The notes under the pieces: model-generated
Told to the model about the DNA's origin: nothing
Seen by the model: only the letters and a program-made list of their open reading frames with translations
The model's database searches: none
Shown: positions 11,613 to 24,264 of the stretch, piece by piece
How positions within the stretch are numbered: the stretch's first letter is position 1
How the letters are laid out: each line of letters starts with the position of its first letter
Translations under genes and position numbers: made by a program
Source of the DNA: Laetmonice hystrix
Taxonomy: Eukaryota
Assembly (NCBI GenBank): GCA_965235115.1
Contig: OZ249453.1
Span: 6,200,001-6,264,000, forward strand
Direction of reading: 5' to 3'
DNA: 64,000 nucleotides

Positions 11613-14600
11613 CGCACAGAGTGGTGGGTTGATAGGTTCCACATCACGAAGGATCCAAAACGGGATCAGAACAAACTGGTTTACCAATCACACGCCGTTT
11701 AGATTTCATTTAGGCCCTGGTGAAGTCAGGATCGCTCCGACAGTGCGGAATGCAGGACAGGGTTTAAACGGTGGTATGGGGCGTCGGGATGGAGATGGGG
11801 TACGGGGACAACTCCTCCCTGATTGAGGGAAATAGGGGTCAATCGAAGATTAAATTTGGATTCTGTAGTCTGATTGGTTGGGATGGAGCTACCTTTCTGG
11901 GTGGTTAGTCCAGGATTTGACTGGAGCAAGGGGTGAATGAGGACAGGGAAGGTAAATAGGATCAGGAGGAGGACAAATTGTGTGCTGGCACACGGGGGGA
12001 GGTTGTTTGGGGAGATGATGGGGGGGGGGGGGGGGGCGCGTGGTTGAGGTGTAACCCTTGCTGTACCGACCGTAGTTCGGAGCCTTCACAGTTTGTCATA
12101 GTGTTGGTGTATGCCAAGGTCATGTCAGATTTTGAGTCTCGGAAAACGTGAACGGTGATGCCGATTAAACTTCGCCAATCTCATCCCAGGACATCTCGAC
12201 CGTGGCGATCAGAGTCCGGCTTGAAGCCCTACGATATGTGAGCCGAGATCTGGGCAGGAGGAGGAGGGGGGTCCTGATCAATGTCATCCGGAGGAGGGGT
12301 GGCGCTGAGCGTCCCTCATGATGGGGCTGGGGGTGGAGAGATGGGGGTACAGATGGGGGTGGACCGGCTCAGTATCCGTCAGAAAGCGGACAGTATAGAC
12401 ACCATGATGGTGATCCTAGGAATTGACCGGGATATCGGACGTGATATACGCCATACCAACGGCTCAACCAACGCCAATCCGTCCTGACATTGACCATGTT
12501 TGGGAACTCGTACCATAACTCAGCACACAAAACAACAAGTCCATGTCGGTGTGCAGACACAAGTCGGCCAGCCGGGGCACAGAACAGAATCTCTACTGAA
12601 CGCAATCTGATTGCAGGCCTAAACGACCGTTTTCTATGTGTTGTCTGACATTTATTTAGTGGTGGGGGAAGAAATTGCAGTTTTCCTCCCATATTAGACC
12701 GAAAGCTCTTACTTTTGCAGCACATACATAAAGATTACAGACAATTGCGTGAAATTGCTCAAGTATTTTGGCCACCGTATATGACCTTGACCTAACCGTG
12801 ACAATTTGAAGCTCCCAAATAAGGAAAAATCGCGCCATTATCCAGATATTCAAAAGTGAGCAAGTAATTGGTTGTTGTACGTTTTGTCGGCAAGATATTC
12901 AAACGACAGTTTTTATACGAGAAAGGGTCACGGGGCAGGAGGAAGAGAAGCGTTTCTTCTCACAACTGAAGGAAAATGGTCGAATTTGTTATATTTAACA
13001 GTTGTGGGGGCTGGATGCCGGTCATGCGCGACCGATACTGGTGGAGGTCCGAGAGAAACACCGCCTTGAGCAGTCAGTGTGTAGTCAGTTAATATGAACC
13101 GAGTTCAGTCAGTAAGATCCAGTCAGTTCGTCCTCCACTGTCCCTACGTTCCCAGCCTCCCACACTCCCATTCACAGCTGCGTCTCTCAGATAATGGAGG
13201 CGCCGGGACGCTGCGATCGCGACAAACGCAGGCCGATTGTCGGGTGAGAATATCTCCTGTCCTTGGCAGGATTAACTATTGCCACCTCCATTAGGGGCCT
13301 GATGTGAGTGCGGCACGCTGGGGGTTAGTCAACACTTCCCCCATCCCCCACTCAGCCCTGTTATTAGATTAAGGTACGACGCCATGGAGGAGTTTCTCCC
13401 AGCCTGTACCCGGAGTAAGCTCGGGGTTCCCACTAATCCACGGCCGAAAACTCCACTCTCATAATCTACAGCCGAGCGAGCCTGGATGGATTCTTAAAAT
13501 CCACCCGATAGGGGGCGCTGTTGTTTATCCGTAATCCATGGCTATGGGAGCGGCTCTGCAAGTCTCATTCACTGTGGCAGGGAAAAAAATCATGGGGGGG
13601 GGGGGGTACCAGAACTGTCTTAATGGAAATGGGAGGCTGATTGTAGGGGCTGAAGAGATTTTGTGAGGGAGAAGCACTTCAGGGAGCTTTAGCGACCACA
13701 ATATGACTCAGGTTTAGAATAATTCTGAGCTGCAGAAGCTACGCGATGTGCCATGATATTCTGGTCATTGCCCACATTGTATTGGTTTTCTAAAGCAATG
13801 TTGGAAAATTGGTTCGGGTACTTCACGCCAAAGACGTGTGAGCATTTAATACTTTTTTTCATGGTTCTCTCGGATTCAAACTACATGTAAATGCCAGCAT
13901 AATGGCACCTCTGTTAGTTTTTGATACTCTTTCGCTCAGCCTGTACCTGGGTAGTTACTTGAGATGGTTTCAGTGAGTGTACTTTCCGTATTCTATCCCA
14001 ACCGCTCCCTATACAGTGATTATATAGACCTAGCCGTCCGACATACAGGGAACGAACGCAGGTAGAGATGTCACCTTTGGCCCGATCTTTTGACTGCCTC
14101 GAGGTTGTAAGGCTATACCAGCTGCATTTCCACTGATAGCTCTGGAATTAAGCCAGAATTGAAACAACTTTTTCTGTGAAGTGTCAGTGGCACGGCCTCC
14201 ATGGTGGGCCAGGGGGGTTGTAAGTAGTTGGAGGGCTACAATTTGTCATGTCTTCCCTGGCAATCGCCCTCACAAAGGAGCTCAGGTTGGGAGCAGAGGC
14301 CGGGGTAAAAACTGGAGCCGCAATGGTAGGAGTGGGTCTGAGAGGTGCTGGTGAAACCAAGGGGGCGTGATGGGGAGTGAAACGTACGACACTGTCAACC
14401 AGTTATTACTGTAACCACGCCATCATTACATCCACCACATGGTAATCTTGTATAGAGGTCCTAACTTGGACGGTTACTGTAGAGTTTAAGGATAACTCCT
14501 GTATAGGGAGCGTTCTACTGCAGCGTTATATACGACACCAGGTAATGCCGTCCTATTAGGTCCATTAGAAAAACGCATGTTTTTTCCTGACTGGAGGCGT

Positions 14601-14681
14601 TGGTATTTTTTACCTGTAAGGTTCATTATCTGGTTTGGATCTGTGTAAAGGTGTGAATAATAACACCTGGCAGTTATAGGG

Positions 14682-15122
14682 GTGGCAATTACACCTGGGC
14701 CGGGTGGTAATCACACCTGGGCCGGGTGGCAGTCACACCTGGGCCGGGTGGCTGGCGGGAACGACACCCAAGTCTATTGGTGTCGTTATGGGATGCTCGG
14801 TATATGCTGGGACATTTTATTCTGGGACACCCCGTCTTCTGGGATACTCCCTCTCTGGGACAGTCCGTTTTGTGGGACAGTCCGTTTTGTGGGACAGTCC
14901 GTTTTCGGGGACCCTCCGTTTTAGGGGACACTCCGTTTTAGGGGACACTCCGTTTTAGGGGACACATGATGGTATCAGTAGGACAACCGTCAAATTCACG
15001 TACAATAGGTATCCTGGGACATGTCTTATCCTGGGACATGTCTTATCCTGGGACGTCTTATCCTGGGACATGTCTTATCCTGGGACATGTCTTATCCTGG
15101 GATATTTCTTATCCTCGGACAC
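14682..15122. repeat. Compound minisatellite block: 22-bp, 17/18-bp and 17-bp units
   Basis: cacacctgggccgggtggtaat (14682-14755), gggacagtccgttttgt / ggggacactccgtttta (14796-14965), tatcctgggacatgtct (15010-15122). Confidence 0.8.
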
Positions 15123-16769
15123 CCGCTGTGTGTTGTGATAAAGAAAAAGTATTTTTCTGGGGTCCAGTTTCAGAAAGTGAAGCGTCGGTTCTTGTAACCC
15201 AACCTAAGACGTGGAATTCACGTTGCATTTTACAGATTTCATATCGTTCAAAATGTTGGCGAACTGGGGGTTACAAAGACACTAACAAAGCAGTTCTGCT
15301 ATGTCTGACATAAAAAGGACCTAAAGATTCAGTTTCAACTCTGACAACTCGTTGGAGTTTATTTATTTGTCTGAACGCATCAGGAAATATCCTCTCAGAA
15401 GTTGGTGGAGTCCTCCCCCAAACTCCGAGCACACACGCCCAGAACCTCGGCAGAATTCCAGCCATGTTTTGGCAGACTGGATAAAAAGTGTCTCGATCAG
15501 AAAATGCACTTGAAGTCAGGAGTAGCAAAACAAGTTCGGGTTGGATTGAGGAAGGCTCTGTGAAATGTCCCGATGATGTTTACAGATAAGGCTGAGTTTG
15601 AGCAGAAAGTTGGTGAAAGTTGATGCAAGAAAAACAGCGGTAGGATGACAGGTTGGACACAGGAGTGTTGACCTAGTCGGACTGAGATCCTCAAGGAAAT
15701 ATTTGCCGATAAGGTCATCAGGTTTTCAGATGAGAGGAGGTGATATCGGGGGGGGGGGGGGGGGGGGGGGTTCTGGGGAGGAACTCCGGAGCTTTCACAC
15801 AAACATAGACGACCGCACTGGGGCCTTGACAACAACATCGCAAGACGAAGCAGGCATCATTTCAAGATGCCGATACAGGGCTGGTAGAAAAAAAATATCA
15901 GGGGAAGCTTGCTTTCCTGTTGTTATGTGGACGATATCCTGCTCGTAACTCAGTGAGGTCTGATAACATTGTGTGTGTGTCTCCAGCGTACAGATCGAGT
16001 TATCAAAAGTCATGGAGTACAGGGTGCCAGATCTCACCCCACACCCCCTGATCGGTGATCCACCAACCTGAGCACCCTCCCGGATCAACGACCCGGAACC
16101 GATCCACCGATAACATGATTCAAAGTCACCTCTATGTAACTCCCATACTGAAGATCTCCAATCCCGCCATCATTTTTCGGCGGGAGAAAAAAAAACACAA
16201 TAGATTTGGACAGAAACTGCATTGAAAACGGGGCCAGTGGATGGGACAGTGAGAGCTTTACCTAATGTAATCTGCGGAGAGGTTGTGAGGACTGCAGGAG
16301 ATAGAAGGTTAGACCGGTGAGGGGAGGGGGGTCGGGACGCTGTAGGATAAAGGACAGCCCGTTGCGGAGACGAAGATTACAGCGAGTCTTTCGGTGCGCA
16401 CTCAAAAACAATCACCGCTTGATTTCAATCTATTTGAAGCTCGGGCCAGCCGTAGGTCGGACCGGCCTTGTCACAGGATCAGTCTTACAGTCATGTTGGG
16501 GCATTATTCTCGGGATGTAATGGAGACAGAACATGATGGAGTGGATGAAATAGGACCATGACCCTGCATTTTAACGTCTTTGATGAGCGGATCTGAAGAC
16601 CCGCACGCCGGGGTGGAGATAGGGTGGTCTGGTGGTGAGGAGGTGGGCCAGGCGGTGTGGTGATCGGGTATACGGGCAGTTTAACTCGGTGTTAAAAGGG
16701 GGCAGGTCTGTTCTGTCACTGTGGTAATTTATATATGTGCAGGATAAAAATGTGTGGGTTAAATTCTTG

Positions 16770-16805
16770 TCTGATGATGTGTTTTTTATTTGTTTTCAGG
16801 TAAGT
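16770..16805 (+). promoter_or_regulatory. Candidate recursive splice site RS1 (3' splice site immediately followed by 5' splice site)
   Basis: ctgat(branch-like)gatgtgttttttatttgttttcAG|GTAAGT; AG at 16798-16799, GTAAGT at 16800-16805. Confidence 0.7.
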
Positions 16806-16837
16806 GTTTTTGACCATCCTTCCATCCGGGTCGGTGG
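16800..16837 (+). other. Putative 38-nt cryptic RS-exon (frameshifting)
   Basis: A second donor TGG|GTAAGT at 16838-16843 follows the RS1 acceptor. Confidence 0.55.
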
Positions 16838-19680
16838 GTAAGTTATATTAAAACACCCCACGGAGCCATTTGATTCATTTATGAGGAGTAAAAATCCTCA
16901 GTAAAACGATATTGAATGTGATACTTATCTGAAAATAAGTCTCAGGGGGTGGTATTATGTAAAATAATCAATTTATGAGTGGGAAATCAATTTCTTACCT
17001 TTCATAATATATTTTAAGGCTTAACTTTACCTTTGGTCGTAACTTCACAGTGACTTATTATCAGACTTAAAACAAGTATAGATTTATTATAGAAAAACGC
17101 TAGTTTTGAATACTCTCCAGGTTTCCAGTAAACGAACCACCTGAAGGAACAGAGATACGGATTTAAAAACAGATTTAAATGTGTTTTTTTAAATAAACGT
17201 GTCACCGGGCAAATGGTATAAAAATAACCGCTGTAGGTGGTCCATTAAAATTGTAAAAGAGAAGAAAAAGTTTGTAGATAACGAAACTGGTTGAGGATCC
17301 GGATAACTGTGAAACGCCAAGTGTGTTGTTAATGGATTTTATTTGATTTTAAGAGACGTAATTTAATATCATCGTGGGAGTTAGATCAGTGAGGATAGGG
17401 TTATTATAATTACAGGTATGTGTTTTGGGACACCCTAGATCACCCTCAGATCGGAGGGTAGGGTGTCTAGTGTGTAGGGTACCCAGGTGGGTAGTGATTA
17501 GTAATCAGCAGGTAGGGTAAGGTCAACATTCCACAGATGTCCAGGTGGGGTACGGTTACCTGAGTCTGACCCAGACGGTCACCACATCAAATGATCGCCC
17601 TCATGTCTGTCTCGGAGTCAGATCCGGGAGGGTGTGTACAACTGTCTGGGGGAGATGGATCGATCTATTGGGGTGGTTGGAAGGGGGTGGGGGTAAGAGT
17701 TCTACCCTCTGAGTCAACCCTCCCAGACTGGGCTAGCACTCCTCGACCGTGGTCTGTGGTCCAGAGGTTAGTGCGGCAAGTTGGTACATTCTCAGGTGAT
17801 ATATTGTAAAATGTCACCATATGTCACCAAGTGTCACTACGTGTCACTTCAGGTATGTACAGAGTGATGCCCTGCAGCAATACGGGGATTTCCCTTCCCT
17901 GTGCCCCAAACAAGTCCCAATGGATCGAATCATCAAGATCCTGGACCTCCCGGTCAGTCCCCCCACGTTATGTCGTGTGACCTTCAATAAAACACTCCCC
18001 ATCTGTTTCTAGCTGTTGCCAGAATTTTTCAAACCACTCCAAATCAGGACTGATGTCATGTGTTTGCTGACAAATTAAAAACCAGTACATGTATTGATTT
18101 AAAGAAAACATTCTTCTGCTGTGATCGGATTCCAGAGGCCAGCATTCACAAAGTTTTTCTCAACATTGTGATGAAACATGGAAAGGTGGGGGTAAAAAAC
18201 GGGTTCAAAGTTACGAACAGGTTGTGTGGCCAGAGAATTGTCAGCACAAAGGATGGCATGATTCCAGCAAGGACACAAACACGGGCTCGCAATGCATCAT
18301 TAAAGTACACTGTAACCTCCGTGAGGATATCAATTTATAATTGTTTTAATAATTATATCAAAATTACCGAGTATTAATTGTCATTTTTGACCAGTTTTAT
18401 TAGTGTGAGTATAGGATACAGAGGTTTGTCATATACTTGATGGTTCCGTTCAGAATCTGTAGACTCACACAGGGTGAGTCGTGTGACTCAGGGTGGGACT
18501 AAAGGGGGCTGACTCAGAGGTTGGATTAGGTGTAGAATACGCAAGGATTACGGTGAGAATGAGGGATTAATGATGGATAAGACGGCACTAATCTGAACTG
18601 AGATAATCTATGAGAAATCCTGGCTGTAGTGGCACTGTAAGTATGAAATGATGGATTACGTGTCAAGGTTAGCTCTTACAGTAAGAGTTACTCTCATCTC
18701 ATGTTCCTGGAGGGATTATCATCCAGTGGTTGTAACTGAGACGTGGATTAACGTAACCGATGGGGAAACTGGCTCCTTAATCTACATTAGCCACTCAATA
18801 TTAGTGCGAATCCCCCCGGGTGATGCGGTCTGATTTAAGACAGGTACAATAAAGATGAGTTTGTCTTTTGTCAAAGTCTGCCTCGCCTGATCCATTGGCG
18901 TTGATCCCTTCAGGGAGGTGTACGCCACAGGTGTGTAGTGTAGTGTTTAGGGTTTCTCTGGATTAAGGAAATCTCCGGCGGGGAGTGAGAAGTGGTTGGA
19001 GGTAATCCATGGTTGGATAATCTTACCTTCCTCAGGGGTGTACAATCGGGTCTACCTGTGAGGACCAGGTGGAAGATTTGACAACTCGAAGCCAAACGAA
19101 ACCTGGCGCCGTGCTTGTAGCGGAGATGGAGACTGAAACTTATCTCAGCTCCGTGTAACTAGTTGGTCCAACCTGACTACACTCAACTGGCTCTGAGCAG
19201 AAGTTTCCAAGTAATAATAAAGATATATCGAGTCAGATTGGTATGTGTATGACCGGCAGTTTGTGTACAGTGTCTTACCAAACTGGTCATACTGTAACAT
19301 GAAGACTGAATGGAATATAGACCCCTAGCTGGGTCTATTTTCGAAGGGAGTCCATTTTCAATATCATACAATCACTGCCAACCTCTACTCGGAGGTCACA
19401 GTACCGCTAGAGGGCAGTAGGGTATGATCTGGTCATATCAGGTGTCAGCATTTATATCAACATTCTATATAATATTCATCTTTCCTGATTAGCTTACAGA
19501 ATTGTGAGTTCTACAAATAAGTTAATAAGCTACATCATTCACAATATATGACTTATCAAGTTGCTACAAATGTCAACGAAATCGTCTATGTAATATGTTG
19601 TAGATTGCTATGAAATATTATCTGAGAGTTATAAAGCTGGAGGTCTAGGATTGAGTAAGGAAGGATTCAGTGATCTCTAG

Positions 19681-20198
19681 ACAGTGGAGATTGATAGAAA
19701 AACATGAAACTCAAAGATTGAGTTAGACTGACAGACGCTAAAGGACTGTAGATGATTTGGTTGATATAGAAACAGTGCCAGTGTTTGTGATAGTGTCGCT
19801 AGCCATCAATAACCAGGTGCACCTTGGCTCTAGTCACTGTAAACGTATGTAATGATTCAGTGACGGTGACAGTGGAGATTGATACTCAAAGATTGAGTGA
19901 GATTGACAGAAGCTGAAGGACTGTAGATGATTTAGTTGATATAGAAACAGTGCCAGTGTTTGTGATAGTGTCGCTAGCCATTAATAACCAGGTGCACCTC
20001 AGCTCTAGTCACTGTAAACGTATGTAATGATTCAGTGACAGTGACAGTGGAGATTGATACTCAAAGATTGAGTTAGATTGACAGAAGCTAAAGGACTGTA
20101 GATGATTTGGTTGATATAGAAACAGTGCCAGTGTTTGTGATAGTGTCGCTAGCCATCAATAACCAGGTGCACCTTGGCTCTAGTCACTGTGAACGTAT
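19681..20198. repeat. ~175-bp tandem repeat x3
   Basis: acagtggagattgata...ctcaaagattgag...ctctagtcactgtaaacgtat starts at 19681, 19869 and 20044. Confidence 0.9.
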
Positions 20199-22626
20199 AA
20201 AAAACCGGGACAGGAAGGAACGACCCGGGCAGTGAATTACATGGTCATCCAGGTGAGATGATTGGCAATCAAAGCCAGGTGATAACCGCAGGTGATAGAG
20301 TCCCCCCGTGCACCCCTAGGGGGTGGCGTGGACAAACCAGCTACTGTGGTCAAGTCTCACGGCCACTGGCCTGGGTGGCTATTAACGATGTGATGTCTAC
20401 TCAGCTGGCCACTTGACCGCTGACTGGACAATACCAGAAATGGGGTCACGTCGGGAGGACATTATACCAGCGGTGGTCAGTGGCGTTTTGCTGGCGGGGA
20501 GAGTAGGTGGGGTGGTGTGGGTCTGACATTGTGGCTGTCCACATTTCGTTCCGTTTCCAGGAGGGTCATGATTTGTGTTTTTCTTGTAGTTACCCCTCCC
20601 CCAGTAGGCCGGGGGGTGAGGGTATGAGAGAGGGGGGTATGGAATGGACGGTGCGACCCTTCCCGACCCTAAAGGTCAAGGTGACCGCAGACATAGCGCA
20701 CGGTCCGTAATGGGGATTACACAGAGCAGACCGCTGACTGACTGGCCTAAAATAACCGCGGCTTGCTTGGACTGCGCAGATGGTCAGTGTAGGAAGGACT
20801 GAACATCAGTGTAGGGGGGAGACTGTATTAGTGCCTGGTCGCTCTGTTGGCTACATTGGAGTTTATGGTTCGCTATCAGCGTCCGAGCTTAATCAACGGT
20901 GGATATCTGGTAGTTAATTAAACAACCAGGCCATTGTTTTACCAGCCGATATATTGTGTGTTTTTACATGGGCATGATAGTGGTTAGTAAACTATGTGAG
21001 GGCTCTGGGTGTATTAAAAAGATCTGGGATCAGCTCGGTACAAGAGCATCGAGAGAGGTTTATATAGGGCTTGACATAGGCCAACTCGGGTGGGTGTGGA
21101 GGTGTTGGAGGGGTCGGGTGGGAGGGGTGGGGGTGGGATTGGGGACAGTACAAGACCTCCTGTCTTGGTCGCATTATAATATCATCAAAAGAGGCTCACA
21201 GACTCATAGAGTTACCGAGTAAATGAATGACGCAAGGTAGCTGCGTTCCTTCTCACAATACTAAATCTATTGCTCGCATGCTCCCCCATAATCCCATGCG
21301 ATCAGCCACTGGCTTAATCCGGTAGAACCATGCCCACGCCTGCAGTCAGACAGCGCCGTTTTTATTGGCCACACAACAAAAGAGATAAAAGGATACATGC
21401 ATCGAGCGGCTACAGTAATGGCGGCCAAATCTCGGCGCCGCGAGATTTACATTATGACGTGACGTAGAGAGAAGAGGCGCAGTTTTAAGAGAGGGGACTC
21501 GCGGGAGGTGATGGGATTATTCATCAGTCGCGAGATTATGGAAGGGTACAGGGACTGGAGGCGGCTGTCTGCACCCTTCATATTCCCACTCCGTCAAATC
21601 TAGTCTCGTTGGGGCAATCCACGTGTATGAAATGTATTGAAGAATGAAACGAAATCAGAGCGTAGAAAGTGGACGCCAGTAGTTATGGAGGGTAGTACAG
21701 ATTTACGCCGACAGAGGGCGGTGTTCTGTCGCATACCCTCCAAGAACCCTCTGTTTGTGACGTCATTATCCGGGATGACGCCGCAACTCGACACACAGAC
21801 GCCGTGCCTTTGATGGCGGCGTCTCGGAAAAGTCGACTCGAAGGTTGCGTGCGCAGTCAGGCCCCCGCTCCTTTGAAGGTACCCGGTAATAAACCAAGCC
21901 TTACTAATTTGATATCGTTGTCATGGTGACGCCAGTCACACCTTTGGTGTATAGGTTGTTTTTCTCAGACCTTGAGGTAATTTATATCTTTTTGTGAGTG
22001 TCTCTGTGATGTACGGCTCGGGTTTTACTTCAGTCAGATGCAGGTATAGGTGAATGCTCACATCAGCTCAGTCTAATCACTTTGCTCTAGGATCTGATCA
22101 CTCAGCTGTTGGGTCTGATCTCTTAGATGTGGGGTCTAGTAAGGGGTCTCGGGACTTTTAAGTATCGTCATCGAGGTGGAACGTATAAATAATCGTTTTA
22201 TAAAAATGTTTGCGATGCCATTCCATTTAGATAAGTCTCACGACCCGTAAACGGGAATAATTATAAAATCTGCTGTTATTGTTGGAATTTGATTGATATA
22301 AACCCGGATGTCTGGACATGGATAAATTGAATATTGATTTCTTCAGGACATAATATTGTAGACCTGTCTGGTTGATAACGTCGTAGTAACCATCTGCACT
22401 GGCCCGATTTGTTGGTAACCATCTGCTGTATCCATCTGTAATGGTCTGATTTGTCTGATACCATCTGCTCATTCCGTGTGTGTGGTGACTCAGGACCCGA
22501 CTAGACACCCGGCAACTGTCTGAGTACCAAGGACAGTTACATACGAACCGTTTAGTGTGCCCTTGTCCACCGATGCTCCACGGAAACAGGAACTTCTCTG
22601 TGTGGAGATTGGCGGAAGCTGACGTG

Positions 22627-24264
22627 GTTACCATGGCGACAGCTGCTGCTGATGGCGATTGGCTGTTGTGGCGGATTGGCCAATGGAGCACAGAACAGGA
22701 CCGGGCCCAACATCCGGGGAATGGCTATCCGATTATTGACCACCAGATGGCGCTCAGCCCCCACCAGGGGGCGCTCCGATAAGAGCCAATGTGGATTCTG
22801 AATCAACAGGCCGGGATGGGGGTGTGGGCACCCCACTGAAGGATCTGATGAGGGTGTTACAGTGTATAAGGTTTGAGGGGTTAAATCATGGTGAGGGTAT
22901 ATATCGTAGGAGTGGGGGGTAATCTACGTACCCCGATAGGGTACAGCAGGGCTGCCATGTCAGGGTTCAAGATTCATCAAGAGAGTGTTTAGTGGAGTAT
23001 CCCACCTGATGATCGCCTAGTCTCCCTCACCCTCAGTGCGGTCAGTCTGTTTGACCCCCTCCACTGGACATCAGCTGACCACACCGGGAGGGCGTCGTGT
23101 TAAAATATCCCCAGGCTGATGAAACAAGACGTGATGGTCAGACACGTGGCGGGAGGGTGACCGGTCAGGGCCAGCATCACGTGATTCACGTGTCCACCGC
23201 TATCTCCGGCCGATTTCTCCACCAGGGGGCGCCGTAAAGTGACCGCCAGGGGACCTGGCACTGTTCGGTTATGGTCACTTAGGGACCATACCTTGACCAC
23301 TCAATCAAACCTTTCCCACGCTTGGCACCTGAATCTCATGGCCAGCAGGGGCACCTTGCACTCAGGGTATTCACAAATTTGGCGATATTTTTACCAATTT
23401 ATATATAAACTGACGATATAACCTGAACTTGTCCCCAGACCGTCAGTGTATGCAGCATTAACTAGGTCATTAGGTCAAGGTCATTCTGAAGGTGATGCTG
23501 ATTACCGGATTGACGGAATGACCGGATGTTTGTAGCCCTTCCCGGAAACGGGTGTTATAGCGCCCCCTGGGGGATAAGATAGGTAGGTTAATCAGTGCCC
23601 CGCCACGCCAGGCCAAGCGCCAGGCCAAGCGCCAGGCACGCGAGGAGGGGGCGGGGGTCTGGGTTTACTGGTGGTCAGGCCGTAACTGACCGCACTTTGT
23701 TAATTAGGTCATCCCTGATTAAGAAGACGTGTGACATGATAAGAGTGAAGATGTCCGTGTAGCTCTGTGTAAATGAATTAGGTAAGATAGAAGAGAGAAG
23801 AAACAAAGAGACGTATCAACTGTCAGTGTGGTAATTGAGTGTGCTGACTATGGACTAACGGTTCGCCATTTGTGGCATTTATCGAGACCAACAGGCAAAC
23901 AATATTTTAATCAAATATCACATTCGTATGGAAAAGTAACGAAACCTAAAAGAGAGAAAATAAAATCGCGAGAATTTTCATTAATTTTATATATATGGAA
24001 TCGCGAGCATCTAGGTTGTATATTTGCGACCATATTAGGACAGAGTGTGTCGGATAATTTAGAACATGGTCTGCTCAAACCTATTTGTTGTAAAGAAGTC
24101 GTATTAAGTCGTCTGCCCGTGTCGCGCGTCCCCCAATTCGTGACAGGGAAGGTTTCCGCCTCGTTTGAGGCTCAGAACCCAAACGCTGTCATCGTGTCGT
24201 CCCCGTCCGGACGCAGGAACTGAGCACTTCCGGTTGTCATGACGCACGCAGCGCCACCTAGCGG
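22627..24264. promoter_or_regulatory. Cluster of CTCF-like motifs with RFX, CCAAT and ETS motifs
   Basis: CCACCAGATGGCGCT 22740, CCACCAGGGGGCGCT 22761, CCACCAGGGGGCGCC 23219 (all +); reverse copies at 23559 and 24250; GTTACCATGGCGAC 22627; CACTTCCGGTT near 24224. Confidence 0.55.

Noticed and set aside
17405-17860. Weaker CAG|GTATGT sites at ~17415 and ~17852 (also ~30366, and TTTAG|GTGACG at 45560)
   Set aside because: Poor polypyrimidine tract or weak donor compared with RS1 and RS2.
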